From Mobula hypostoma (Eukaryota), in NCBI RefSeq assembly GCF_963921235.1, contig NC_086097.1, positions 197,596,001 to 197,660,000 of the forward strand: DNA of 64,000 nucleotides, given 5' to 3'. Of this stretch, positions 1-13,294 are shown piece after piece. Position 1 is the stretch's first letter. Every line of letters begins with the position of its first letter. The notes under the pieces were generated by a model that did no database searches, was not told the origin of the DNA, and saw nothing but the letters and a program-made list of their open reading frames with translations. Both the position numbers and the translations under genes were made by a program.

Positions 1-1107
1 AGCAGCACCAATGCAGCTGGTGATATACTGGACAGCTGTGTGTGTGTTTTGAATGGGATAGTGGAGGCAAAAAGAAATTCTTCCACTTATTCTACAAAAA
101 GATAGGTGTAGCTTGGGCCATGTTAAATTCTCATACTTAAAACATTGGAAGGAGAAAATGAATGGAACTGAACGAGGAAGTTGTTTATGTGATGTTAAGT
201 TCAGCTGGGTGGATGAATATATTGGATGAGAGAATCTGTGTTTCTCTGTTTTAGGATGAAGCTGAATGGTCCTCAGATTCTTTCAATGTGGCATGGTTGT
301 GTGGATGTGTGTATGTGAGAAAGAATGGAGGTAATAAGTTTTGTTAGGCAAAAGCAGGCTGAAAAAATGGATCTCCCTGACTAGTGGATACTACAAGGTT
401 GGAAGCAGAAATGAAATCACATAGCTGTGTAGGAGATAATGTTTTGATGTTTGGGTCATGGTTCAGAAGGGCATTGTGGATTTGTCTGAGAACTGACACT
501 TGATCTCTGAAAGAAAGAAGACAGTTTGCCACACTATAGTAATGCCACTACTGTCTGTGTCCTAATGTACCACAATAATGAGGCAAGCGAGGGACAACTC
601 TTCATGTTCTGCCTGGGTAAGCTACAGAATGCAATATCTTGAGATGGCTGATTCTTTCATTCTGTTTCAGGACTGGCCTTTTTCTGTATGTCATTGTTTT
701 GGCCTAGTTTTTAGTTTTAGTTCAGTCTATCCTGCTCTTCAACCTCATCATTGGAAATATATTACCAAGACAACAAAGCTAAATCTTATTTTTAACTGTT
801 CCTTAATTGCCAGGTTAGGTCTGTTACAATCCTATCAAAAATATTCTTTTTGTCTACTCATCCTTACCTGAACTTTTTCTACTATCTAAAACTATTTTTG
901 TCTTTTTTCCAGTTCTAATGAAGGATCTTGGCCCTGAACTGTAAATCTTTCATCTTTCTGCCTGCGTACTGAGTGCTTACTACATTTTCTATTTATATTT
1001 CGGAGTTCCACCATCTTCATTTCTTTTGCTTTTAACATGTTACTGATTTTTTTTCCTCAGTATTGATGCTGTTATATTATTGTAAAAATTTGATGTTTAT
1101 CTTGCAG

Positions 1108-1264
1108 AATGGCCATACAAGTCAACAAGTTCAAATTTGAAACTCTTCCAGCATCCAGCACTGTAGGTGAAATGTGTGCAGAAAGCCAAAAGCACATTGA
1201 AGAGGAATGGAGCCATGCTCAGGCTGTAGAGATCAACAGCAAGTTGAACATCAGCTGGAAGATA
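1108..1264 (+). CDS. trappc9: TRAPPC9 internal coding exon ((R)MAIQVNKFKFE...EINSKLNISWKI)
   Basis: Preceded by the acceptor ttatcttgcAG (1106-1107). Translation resembles recalled human TRAPPC9 RMAIQVDKFNFESFPE...EIHSKLGICWRI. Ends in phase 0 directly before ATATCCTTT. Confidence 0.92.
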
Positions 1265-2570
1265 ATATCCTTTCGTGATACTCAAAAATAACTATTAAAG
1301 TAGCCAAGAAGTATATTACAGATATTGGAATCTGGTGCATAAAGTGAACTGCTAGAAAAACCAAGGGTCAAGGTCAAGTAGAGGCAAAAGAGATGTGTCG
1401 ATGTTTTATGTTGTAACCCTTACATCATTTTATTGTTTTGCTGTTAATGTACCAATATTATTGTTGTTTCTGCAAGCAATACAACTATACAGGATATACT
1501 CTGAGCATACTGAACTTTCAAAGGAATTGTTTAGAATTTCATTCACTCATTATTAGGTATATAAACTTGGATGTCTGATTTAGGAGCAGGTATAGAACAC
1601 CAGGCTTTTTGATCTTGCTTTACATTCAACAAGTTTATGCTAATCAGACTGTAACAGCTGCCTACCCTTAATATCCTTCTTTACAAAGAACTCTGCTTTC
1701 TGGACAAAGTTGTGACTTGCTGAGAGAAGGAGAATTGTCTAGTCTTTATTGGAAATAGGTACTGCTTTAAACAGACGGCTAACAAATGTGAATCTGAGAC
1801 TTTTAAGGTAAATTGTTTTCTGTTGTTTCCCAACAATCTGCTTATGACCTTTCTTGCCTTGTTTTTTTTTGCATTTTCTTGCCCTCTTAACGATCAGTAC
1901 ATGCTTCTTATCATCATATTTGTTTTGACCAATATTCATATACAGGTCTTCCCCAGTCTATGAACACTTGACTTACATCCAGTCTATACAAATGAATAAG
2001 CATTTGGGAGATCAGCAAGATGGTTTTGCCTGCTGCTGCAGGGTTGCGAGCATCCTTTGTCTTGTGGGAACTCGGTTCACAGTTGCATTTCCAACTTACC
2101 ATCTGTTTGGATTACAAACAGTTCATTGGAAGGACCTGCAATTTTTTGCCTTTCTCCTCATCATTCCCTCCACTTCTTCTCTTATTTCCTAGGAAAGGTC
2201 CCTGAATTGAAATATTAATTGGTTTCTCTTTCCACTGATGTTGTTCATCATCCAGGATTTTCTTTTTTTTCCCCTGTTTTCAGTGTCTGCAGTTTTATTT
2301 GTTCTCTATGCACCAGCAATATTCTATTTTTGACAGAAAGCAAATTTAGAACTGCTGTCAGTGATCTCTTTACTTTCTTCTTTAAGCCTTGTAATATCTC
2401 ACCTTGTAATATCTCTTAAGGTTCATAAGGATCTTCATTACTTATTGTTTTCTTTTTCAATGCTCCCTCAACCTCTCAATGAGTGACTTCATAATAAGAG
2501 TTAATACATAACTCATTTTGTTCCAGCAGTTCACAGATCATATATTATCCCTAAGCAAGCTTTGAGGCAC

Positions 2571-4740
2571 AGAATCATAGAACACTACAGCATATAAACA
2601 GATCCGTCGGTCCTTCTACTCCATCCTGAACTATTAACCTGCCTAGTCCCATTGACCTGCACACAGACCATACCTCACCCATGCATGTAACTATCCAAAT
2701 TTCTCTTAAATGTTGAAATTGAATCCACATCCACCATTTCCATTGGCAGCTCGTTCCACATTTTAACCACCCTTTGAGTGAAGTAGTTCCCCTCATGTTC
2801 CCTTAAACATTTCACCCTTCACTCTTGGCCCATGACCTCTAGTTCTGGTCTCACCTAACCTCAATGGAAAAAGGCTGCCTGTATTTACTCTACGTATAAC
2901 CTTCATGATTTTCTATATCCTTATCAAATCAATGCTCATTCACCTAAGCACTAGGGAATAAAGCCCTAATCTATTCAATTTTTCCCTATAACTCAGGTCT
3001 TCAAGTCTTAGCACCATCATTGTAAATCTTTTCTGTGCTCTTTCAACCTCTACAGGTGGCCCCCGTTTTCCAAACGTTGGCTTTACAACACCTCGCTGTT
3101 ACGAACGACCTACATTAGTTACCTGTTTTCGCTAACAGAAGGTGTTTTCACTGTTACGAAAAAAGGCAGCACGCGTCCGAGCAGCCAAGCTGCTTCCCCG
3201 GAACTGCATTCTAGCCGCCATTGCTTAAGCACGTGCTTTATCTCGATTTATTTTGTGCATCGGTTAGCAAGATGAGTTCTCAGGTATCAGAAAAGCCTAA
3301 AAGAGCTCGTAAGGGTGTTACACTTAGTGTAGACATAATTAAGTGTTTCGATCGTGGTGAACTAAGTAAGGACGTTGTCCGCATGTTGAACTTGCCTGCA
3401 TCTACCATTCGCACAATTTATACGCAGAGAGAGAATTTTGAAAGCTGCCGATGTTACTGTTGGTTCTGCTTGTAGCAAAGTGATCTCTCTCAGTTGGCAT
3501 CCAATAATGGATAAAATGGACAGTCTATTGCCTGAGTGGATTGATGGGTATACAAAGCGTGGTGTTCTGTTAAGTTTTCTTATACTTCAGGAGAAATCAG
3601 TCAGTGTTTTTAATAAGCTGAAACAGAAAGCACTGGATGGTGGTGATGAAAGTGTTGCGAAAGTGGAACTTAGAGGTAGTCATGGGTGGTTTGATCGGTT
3701 TCTGAGGTGAGGGCAGCTTCATAGTTTAACGTTTACCGGAGAGAGTGCTTCGGCTGATACTGAAGCTACTGAAAAGTTCCCAGCAGAACTGAAGAAAATA
3801 ATTACAGAAGGTGGTTACTTGTATAAGCACCTTCTACATCGTTTAACTGTGACAAAACTGCAATTTATTGGAGTCTTCCCAATTGCGGTAAGTGAAACTA
3901 CACTGTACATATATTATTTCTACTTTATATAGGCTGTGTATTTTTATGTGTTATTTGGTATGATTTGGCAGCTTCATAGCTTAAAGGTTACTGGACAGAG
4001 TGTTTCCGCCAAGAGCACTTTCGCCGAGAGTGCTGCCGTGAGATTTCGCTGCGCTAGACAGTGCTGCAGAATAGTATTTCTACTTTATATAGGCTGTGTA
4101 TTTATCATATCATTCCTGCTTTTACTATATGTTACTGTTAATTTAGGTTTTATGTGTTATTTGGCATGATTTTGTAGGTTATTTTTTGGGTCTGGGAAGG
4201 CTCAAAAATTTTTCCCATATTAATAAATGATAATTGTTTATTCAGTTTACGATATTCCGGCTATGAACCGTTTCATAGGAACGCTCTACCTTTGGATAGC
4301 AGGGGAAGCTTGTATTACATGTAGATAGGTAATCAGAACTGTACACAATACTCCAAGTTAAGCCTCACCAACGCATTATATAACTTTGGTATAACATCTC
4401 ATCTCCTGTACTCAGTACTTTGATTTATGAAGGCTAATATGCCAAAACCTTTCTTTACGACCCTATCTACCTGTGATGCCACTTTCAAGGAATTATGGGT
4501 CTGTATTCCCAGATCCCCCTATTCTACATATGCCTCTGTCCTACCACTCACTGTGTAAGTCCTACTCTGGTTAGTCCTCCCAAAGTGCAACATCTCACAC
4601 ATTTGCATTAAATTCCATTTGCCATTTTCAGTCCATTTTTCCAGCGGGTCCAGATTCTGCTGCAGGCCATGACAGCCTTCCACGCTGTCCTTTACATCCC
4701 CAATTCACAAATTTGCTGATCCAATTTACTATATTATCCT
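2571..4740 (-). mobile_element. CR1/HER1-like LINE 3' part, split by a Tigger insertion (3053-4312)
   Basis: CR1 RT C-terminal and 3' UTR motifs on the minus strand (ORF 2575-2796). The LINE sequence resumes after the DNA element. Confidence 0.8.
3053..4312 (+). mobile_element. Tigger/pogo DNA transposon, internally deleted
   Basis: TA at both flanks (3051-3052, 4313-4314) and imperfect TIRs. CENP-B-type HTH (KPKRARKGVTLS...LPASTIRTI) and Tc5 HTH (LRGSHGWFDRF) are present. Coding stops just after FNCDKTAIYW, so the DDE domain is missing. Frameshifted. Confidence 0.88.
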
Positions 4741-6915
4741 AATACCATAACATATGGGAGCAGATTTGGGCCATTTGACCTATTAAGTCTGCTCTGCAAT
4801 TTCATCGTGGCTGACCCAGTTTTTCTCTCAGCCCCAAACTCCTGCCTTCTCCCCATATTCCTTCATGCCCTGACCATCAAGAATCTTATCAACATTGGCC
4901 TTAAATGTACTTAAAGACTTGGCCTCCACAGCTGTCTGTGCCAAAGAATTCCACAGATTCATCACGCTCTGGCTAAAGAAATTCCTCCTCATCACTGTTC
5001 CACAAGAACATCCCTCTATTTTGAGGCTGTGTCCTCTGGACTTAGACTTTCCCACCACAGGAAACCTTCTCTCCACATCTACTCTATCGAGGCCTTTCAC
5101 CATTCCATAGGTTTCAGTGAGGTCACCCCTCATTCTTCTGAATTCTAGCGAGCCATCAAACACTCTTCATATGACAACCCATTCAATCGTGGAATAGTTT
5201 TCCTGAAACTCCTTTGAACCCTTTCCAGTTTCAGCACATCGGATAAAAGGCCCAAAATCGCTCAGAATACTCCAAGTGAGGCCTCGCCAGTTCTTTAAAA
5301 AGTACCAACGTTACATCCTTATATTTATATTCCAGTTCTGTTGAAATGAATGCTAACATTGCATTTGCCTTCCTGCACAAGGACTCCCAGGTCCCTTTGC
5401 ACCTCAGATATTTGAATGTTCTCTCCATTTAGAAAATCGTCAACCCTTTCATTTCTTCATCACCATGCACTTCCCGACACTGTATTCCACCTGCAACTTT
5501 TTGCCCATTCTCCTAATCTGTCTAAGTCCTCTGTATCCTCTCTACTTTCTCAAGACTACTGCCCCTCCACCTACCTTCATATCATCTGCAAACTTTGCAA
5601 CAAAACTATCAATTCCATCATCCAAATCATTAACATGCAACATAAAACGAATTGGTCCCAACACAGACCCCGTGAAACACCACTAGTCACCAGCAGCAAA
5701 CCAGAAAAGGCTCCCTATATTCTCACTTCTTGCCTCCTGCCAATCAGCCACTGTTTTATCCATCTTTACTGTAGTACCATGGGCTTGTTGCTTGTTACGC
5801 AGCCTCGTGTGACACCTTGTTAAAGGCCTTCTGAAAATCTAAGTACGCAACAATCATTCAGGTCGTTGATATGGATGACAAACAGCAACGGACCCAGCAC
5901 TAGTCCTTGTGGGTCAACGCTGGTCGCAGGCATCCAGTTAGAGAGACAACCAGCTACTACCATTCTGTGACTTTTCCCATGAAACCAATGTCAAATCCAA
6001 TTTACTACCCCATCCTGAATGGCAAGCAACTGAACCTTTTAGACTAGCCTCCCATGTGTCACCTTGTCAAATGCCTTGTCCATGTAAACAACATCCACTG
6101 CATTGCCTTCATCAACTTTCCTAGTAATTTCCTCAAACCTCAATAAAATTAAACCCAGCTGGTAGCGTAGTGGCATTAGTGCCGGACTTCGGGACGAAAA
6201 GTCCTGAGTTCAATTCCAGCCGGCTCCCCTGCACGCTTTCCATCTGTGCTGGGTTACGAGCTGGTGATCTCTTTGGAAACTCACCCAGCAGAAGACAATG
6301 GCAAACCACTGCTGTAACTTGCCTCGTACAGGGTTTCCCACTACGTCAGACAGGCGTGGAGGGAAATCGTCCGCTAACCAGAGAAATCCTGGATGCGACG
6401 TACCTTTCCTTTTCAATAACATTGGTTAGATATGACCTACCATGCATAAAACCATGTGGAATATCCCTAGTCAGTCCCCGTCTATCAAAGTATCCATTCC
6501 CTTAGGATACTTTCCTAGTACTTACCCATGACTGGAGTCAGGCTCACTGGCCTATAATTTCCTTTCTTCTGTCTCCCTTCTTAAAGATTGGAGTAATATT
6601 TGCAAACTTCCAGTCCTCCAGAATCATTCCAGAATTTAGTATTTCTTGAAAGATCATTACTGATGCCTCCACAATCTTTTAAGGTACCTCTTTCAGGACC
6701 ATGGGGTGTGATCCATGGGGTGACTTATCTTGGACTTTTCAGCTTACCAAGCACCCTTTTCCTAGAAATAGCAATGACACTCACTTCTGCCCCCTGATAC
6801 ACTCTCATTTCTGGCATTCTGCTAGTGTCTTCCACAGTGAAGACAGATGCAATATACTTAGTACATTCCTCCATTATTTCTATATCCCCCATCACTACCT
6901 CTCCAGCAACATTCC
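4741..6915 (-). mobile_element. Nested CR1 LINE fragments (RT and 3' end)
   Basis: ORFs 4828-5163 (RRMRGDL...RNFFSQ) and 5231-5428 (ARPHLEYS) are CR1 ORF2 C-terminal motifs. Confidence 0.82.
6147..6412 (+). mobile_element. tRNA-derived SINE inserted in CR1
   Basis: A-box-like GGTAGCGTAGTGG and B-box-like GAGTTCAATTCC. Candidate TSD TCAATAA at 6140-6146 and 6413-6419. Confidence 0.7.
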
Positions 6916-6919
6916 ATCC

Positions 6920-9245
6920 AATTTTTTTTTAACAGCTGCATGGACCAACCATTGCTCTCAGCAGGAATGTTTTACACTGCTTGAAAACTGCACAGATCTT
7001 TCAATGTTTTTTCATGTAATATACATACTTTGAATATTTAGAATGAAAATTGAAAAATCACATACTTTTGATTTTATTAAGTGAAAGGTAAAATGAAATA
7101 CAGTGCAACAAAGAAAATCTTACATGTTTCGTAAGCTTTTTCTTGTATGTCTTTATTACATGTCCATTGACTCTAGACACTGTCCAGATTAATTACACAT
7201 TCAGATGAAAGGTGCATGTTAATCCTCATTAGATAATCAAAATGTTCCACTTCTAGTCTGTTTCTGGATTTACATTTGATTTCGTTCATAAGACTGAATC
7301 CATGTTCACAGTCAACACTAGAAGCTTGAAATGTTCCAATGATGTCACACACAATTGACCATTCTTCAAATTCTTCATTTTGGAGCATGTAGTTCAACAT
7401 CTCTGTGGTTAGGAAGGCATACAGTGCATTGGCCTTCGTCAACTGTGGGATTGAGTTTAAGAGCCGAGAGGTAATGTTACAGCTATATAGGACCCTGGTC
7501 AGACCCCACTTGGAGTACGGTGCTCAGTTCTGGTCACCTCACTACAGGAAGGATGTGGAAACTTATAGAAAGGGTTCAGAGGAGATTTACAAGGATGTTG
7601 CCTGGATTGGGGAACATGCCTTGTGAGAATAGGTTGAGTGAACTTGGCTTTTTCTCCTTGGAGTGGCAGAAGATGAGAGGTGACCTGATAGAGGTGTACA
7701 AGATAATGAGAGGCATTGATCATGTGGATAGTCAGAGGTTTTTTCCCAGGGTTGAAATGGCTAACATTAGAGGGCACAGTTTTAAGGTGCTTGGAACTAG
7801 ATACAGAGGAAGATGTTAGGGGTAAGTATTTTTACTCAGAGAGTGGTGAGTGCATGGAGTGGGCTGCCGGCAGCGGTGGTGGAGGTGGGTATGATAGAGT
7901 CTTTTAAGATACTGTTGGATAGGTACATGGAGCTTAGAAAAATAGAGGGCTGCAGGTAACACTAGGTAATTAGGAATTCAGCATGTTCAGCATAGCATTG
8001 TGGGCCAAAAGGGCTGTATTGTGCTGTAGGTTTTCTATGTTTCTATATCAGTGAAAGACTCAATTGAATAAGTCTTAACTTTCTCAGAAATGACAGATTT
8101 GAAGTTACAGTATTGCTGCGATATTTTTGAGGCAATGCTTTCGTCGTAGTTTTTAATAGTAGCGGAGTATTTTTTCAGCCATACAACATCCCCTTTTCCA
8201 AATTCTAAATTAGTTCTGTTTACAATAGCAACAGGGTCAAAAACTTGCCATTCTCTTGCTCATCGTCAGAAAATCTATTATCCAAGTGACTATACGCATG
8301 CGGAATGAATCAAATAACAGGTGTAGACGTCAGAACTTACTGATGCCAACAGATCTTTCATTTTGTCACAGCAATAAACAGAGTCTCCAAGATACAGTGA
8401 CCATAACTTGTTAATTTTTGCTTTTGCATACTGTAGTGCATTGGTTGTATTCAAACAACTTTTCTAAAGGAACTTATGAAGAAATGCCTGAACTTCGAAA
8501 TCATCGTTAAGCAGAGTTCGTGCTACCCAATGTTGTGGATTGGTCAAAAGCTTCAGACAGTAGTTGCTGATTGGATCGTTACGTTCATTAACTTGCTCTT
8601 TGCAATACTGAATCAAAATTTTAGTAATTCCTCATTAGATAGCCATCTTTCTTCATATAGTGGTCTAGATGACACAACATTATATTCTGTAAGATTAGCT
8701 AATTCTTCAAGTTTTTCTTTTTTTAAACTAATGACTTGCTGAGCACTGTATACACTGTTCGTAGCATCGTTCTATATCCTGCATAATTGATACTTTTGAT
8801 CCATGTTTCCTCTAATTGCAGGGCTTCTCTGTGTGTGATGCAATATTGCTCAGACAGATGTTTTATTTCTTATCAAAGATTTGCTGCCAAACCACTATTC
8901 TTTCCAAGCATAACATTTGCTCCATCTGAAGTAAATATCACCATCTTCAGAATATCAAGATTTTTGTTGATATAAAACTTTGTTAATTGCTTCAACAATG
9001 GTGATACTGTCACATGCAATAGATTCAAAATACCCACAAACACTTATAAGAAGTTTCATTTTCTGATCAAAACTTAAAACACAAAAGTAACATTTTCTGT
9101 CCAGAAATGTGTGTATTTTTGTCAGCAGTTGGTGTATGGAAAGCAGGTTCTGCGGTTCTTCCATTCTCTGTTTCTGAAGCACAAGCCTGAAGCACTCAAC
9201 AAATTCAAATGCATAGTTCTTGCTGCACCAATTCTGTAATATTTG
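6920..9245 (-). mobile_element. Decayed hAT transposase (Tip100/Zaphod, ZNF862-like), interrupted by CR1
   Basis: ORF 7173-7442 carries the hAT C-terminal dimerisation motif SSVDCEHGFSLMNEIKCKSRNRL. Further broken transposase-like sequence continues at 8050-9240. Confidence 0.75.
7405..8046 (+). mobile_element. 5'-truncated CR1 LINE
   Basis: [20 protein letters not shown] and MRGDLIEVYKIM motifs; tail tttctatgtttcta. Confidence 0.9.
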
Positions 9246-9249
9246 CATA

Positions 9250-10972
9250 TTGACCAGAAGACAAAGCCATTTGGCCCATTCAGTCTTCTCTGCCATTTCA
9301 TCATGGCTGATCCTTTTCTCTTTCAACCCCATTCTCCTGCCTTATCCCTGTAACCTTTCACACCCTAACTAATCAAGAACTTATCAAATTCCACCTTAAA
9401 TACACCCAATGACCTAGGCTCCACATCTGACTGAAGCAATGAATTCCACAGATTCACCAACCCCTGGCTAAAGAAATTCCTGCTCATCTCTGTTCTAAAT
9501 GGATGCTTCTCAATTCTGAGGCTGTGCCCTCTGGTCCTAGATTCCTGTACTACAGGAAACACCCTGTCCTCATCCACTCTATCTAGGCCTTTCAACATTT
9601 GATAGTTTTCAACGAAATCCCTCATTCTTCTAAATTTCAGCGAGTACCGGCCCAGAACCATCTAACACTCCTCATATAATACCCCTTTCAATCCCAAAAT
9701 CATTCTAGTGAACCTCCTCTGAACCCTCTCTAATGGCACATCCTTTCTTAGATAAGGGTCCCAAAACTGCTCTCAGTACATCAAAGTAAGGCCTCAGCAG
9801 TACCTTATGAAGCCTCAGCATTACATCCTTGCCTTTATGTTCTAGTCCTCTCAAAATGAATGCTAACATTGTATTTGGCTTTCTTACCACTGACTTGACC
9901 TGCAAGCTAATCTTTAGGAAATCTTGCACGGAGACTCCCTAGTCCCTTTGTGCCTCAGAGTTTTGAATTTTCGCCCCATTTAGAAAATAGTCCATGGCTT
10001 TATTCTGCATATCAAAGTAAATGTCCGTACACTTCCCAACATTGTATTCCATTTACCACATCTTTACCCATTCTCCTAATCTGTCCAAGTTCTTCTGCAG
10101 CCCCCCTGCTTCCTCAACACTACCTATGCCTCCACCTATCTTCACATCATCCACAAACTTGGCGCAAAGCCATCAATTCCATCATCCAAATCATTGATAA
10201 CGTAACAGAAGTAGTCCCAGCACTGATCCCTGTGGAACACCACTAGTTACTGGCAGCCAACTAGAAAAGGCTCCCTTTATCCCCACTCTTTGCCTCCTGC
10301 CAATTAGCCAATCCTCTGTCCATGCTGGTATCTCTTCTTTGACTAAGCAGCCTCATATGCAGCACCTTGTGGAAGGCCTTTTGAAAATCGAAGTACATTA
10401 CATCCATGATTCTGCTTGTTATTTTCTCAAAGAATTCCAACAGATTTGTCAGGCAAGTTTTTCACTTAAGGAAACTATGCTGACTTTACTGTATTTTATC
10501 ATGTGCCTTCGGGTAACCTGAGATTTCAACCTTGAAAATCAGCTGCAACATCTTCCAACCACAGAGGTCAGCTAACTGGCCTGTATTTTCCTTTCTTCTG
10601 CCTTCCTCCCTCCTTCAAGATTGGAGTGACATTTGCAATTCTTCAGCCCTCCAGAGCCATGCCAGAATCTAGTGATTCTTGAAAGATCATTACTCATGCC
10701 TCCATAATCTCTGCAGCTACTCTTTCAGAACCCTGGGGTGTAGTCCATCTGGTCCAGGTGGGTAAACTACCCTCAGACCTTTCGGCTTCCCAAGCACCTT
10801 CTTTAGTAGTAACAACAGGACTTGCTTTTGCCCCCTAATACTCTTGAACTTCTGGCATACTTCCATGGTGAAGACTGATGCAAAATACTTATTTAGTTCA
10901 TATGCCATTTCCTCATCCCTGTTTACTATCTCTCCAGTGTTATTTTCCAGTGGTCTACTCTCACCTCTCTTT
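9250..10972 (-). mobile_element. CR1 LINE ORF2 fragment
   Basis: ORFs 9365-9661 and 9705-9929; PGPDGLHPRVLKE motif near 10720. Confidence 0.85.
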
Positions 10973-10974
10973 TT

Positions 10975-13290
10975 CTCTGATGAGGGATGCTGCTTTCCTG
11001 TGACTGTGTTTTGGTAGATGTGCTCAATTGTGTGGAGAGCTTTACCCATGATGGATTGGACTGTTTCCACTACTACTTGTAGTGTTTTCCATTCAAGGGC
11101 ATCGCTGTTTCCTGAGCAGACTGTGATGCAGCCAGTCAGTATACTCTCCACCACTCATCTATAGATATTTGTCAGAGTTTTAGATGTCATGCTGAATTAT
11201 CGCAAACTCCTAAGGAAGCTAGAGGCAGTGCCGTGCATTCTTTGTAGTTGCATTTACGTACTGGGACCAGGACAATTCCTCTGAGATGATGTTAAGGAAT
11301 TTAAAGTTGCTAACCCTCTCTTACTCTGATCCTCTCATAAGGACTGGCTCATGGACCTTCGGTTTCCTCTTCTTGAAGTCAATAATCAGCTCCTTGGTCT
11401 TGCTGACGTTAAGTTGTTGCTTTTGGCACCACCCAGCCAGATTTTCAATCTCCCTCCTCTATGCTGATTCGTCACCACCTTTGATTTTGTCTACAATGGT
11501 GGTGTCATTAGCAAACTTGAATATGGTATTGGAGCTGTGCTTAACCTCACAGTCATAGGTGTAAATCAAGTAGAGCAGGAGATGTTGTTGCCATTCTGAA
11601 CAGACTGGGGTCTGCAAGTGAGGAAATCGAGGATCCAATTGCACAAGGTGGTCCTGCAGCTTATTGATTAGTTTTGAGCTGTTGATGGTATTGAATGCTG
11701 AGCTTTAGTCTATAAAGAGTGTTGTGATATATACAGTTTTGCTGTCCAAATGCTGCAGGGTTGAGTGAAGAGCCAATGAGATGTGGACCTTTTGCTGCAG
11801 TAGGTAAACTGGAGCAGATCTAAGTTGCTTCTCAGGCAGGAGTTGATATGTTTCATCACCAACCTCTCAGATAGTTCATTACTGTGGATGTATGTTTTAC
11901 TGGATGATAGTCATTGAGACAGGTGGGTACCTGAGACTGCCAAAGTGAGAGGTTAAAGATCTCAGTGAGCAATCTAGTCAGCTGATCAGCACAGGTTTTT
12001 AGAACTTGGCCAGGTACTCCTTCTGAGCTGCCTCCTTCCCATGGGTTCACCCTCTTGAAGGCAGCTTCATGTTGGCCTCAGAGACAGAAATCACAGGATC
12101 GGGGGCTCTGCGAGTACGTGATGGTTCCTCCATGTCTTGACGGTGAGTGTGAGTATAGAAGGCATTGAGATGAACTGGAAGCAAAGCCCTGCTGTCACCT
12201 TTGTCACTAAATCTAACTTTATAAGAGGTGATAGTATTCAAACCCTGCCACAACTCTTGAGCAAGTTTAGTCTGGTATTGCCACTTCACCTATGAGATGG
12301 ATTTCCAGAGATCGTACCTGGATCTCTTGTAACGTTTGAGGTCTCCAGACTTCTAGTTGGAGAAGACTCTGAATAATTTTGTGGGGACACACTCATCTAT
12401 AACTGTTTTAATAAAGTCTGTGACAGCAATAGTGTATTCATTCAGATCCATAGATGAGTCCTTGGACATGGCCAGTCCACTGACTTGAAGCAATCCTGAA
12501 GCTGCTCCTCTACCTCCTATGACCACCTCTTTGTTGTCTGAATCTCTGGAGTTTTGTTCTTTATCCTCTGCCTCTATGCAGGGAATAGAATGACAGCCAA
12601 GTGGTCCGATTTACTGAAATGCAGTCTGGCCATGGAGTGATGGGCATTCCTTATCTTAGTATTACAATGGTCTAGTGTGTTGGGACCTCTGCTGCTACAG
12701 GATATATGTTGATAGTTACTGGGCAGGGTTTTCGTCAAACAGGCCTAGTTGAAGTCCCTGACTATGATTTGAAATCCGTTGGGATGGACTGTTTCTTGTT
12801 TGGAGATGGCAACATGCAGTATCTCGAGCGCTGGGTTATAGTTGGCCGCTGGTGTTATGTAAACTGCGGTCAGTATTATGGAGGAGAACTCCCTAGGTAA
12901 GTAGAACAGATTGCATTGGATTGTCAGATGTTCAAGGTCAGGGGACCACAAGTTCAACAAAATTGTCACATCAGAGCACCACCAAGAGTTTATCAAGAAA
13001 TACACACTTCCACCTTTTTGCCATTTCTGGATCAGTAGTGGGGTCCTTTTTGTAAATAGAGAAGCCTTCGGGTCTGATCGCTGTATCTGATGGGCTGTAT
13101 CTGATAGCCACATCTTTCTCAGACATGGAACACAACAATCTCTCGTTTACCTCTGATACAGCAATCTAGACCTTAGGTCCTCAATTTTGTTCTCCAGCTC
13201 CTGCACATTTGCTAACAAGATGCTGCGTAGAAGGGGTCTCATCTCTCTGCATTTCAGTCTGGCTTGGAATTCCCCCCCACGTTGCATCTG
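10975..13290 (-). mobile_element. Rex1/Babar-type LINE, decayed, endonuclease plus RT
   Basis: APE-like SILLANVQELENKIEDL and YLPREFSSIILTAVYI; RT KFANDTTIV; C-terminal ESILTGCITV. Confidence 0.82.
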
Positions 13291-13294
13291 CTTG

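Noticed and set aside
1..700. Possible old retroelement or antisense ORF (344-532)
   Set aside because: No motif I can assign with confidence.
1109..1291. 60-aa ORF as a standalone small gene
   Set aside because: It is a trappc9 internal exon reading 27 nt into the U12 intron.
1671..1680. Second ATATCCTT motif as an alternative U12 donor
   Set aside because: It lies in a degraded LINE-tail-like stretch, has no associated exon, and follows the in-frame stop.
6160..6235. tRNA gene
   Set aside because: A and B boxes are present but there is no convincing cloverleaf; it continues into a SINE body with a candidate TSD.
7173..9332. Domesticated ZNF862-like gene
   Set aside because: Multiple stops and frameshifts plus a CR1 insertion indicate a dead hAT transposon.
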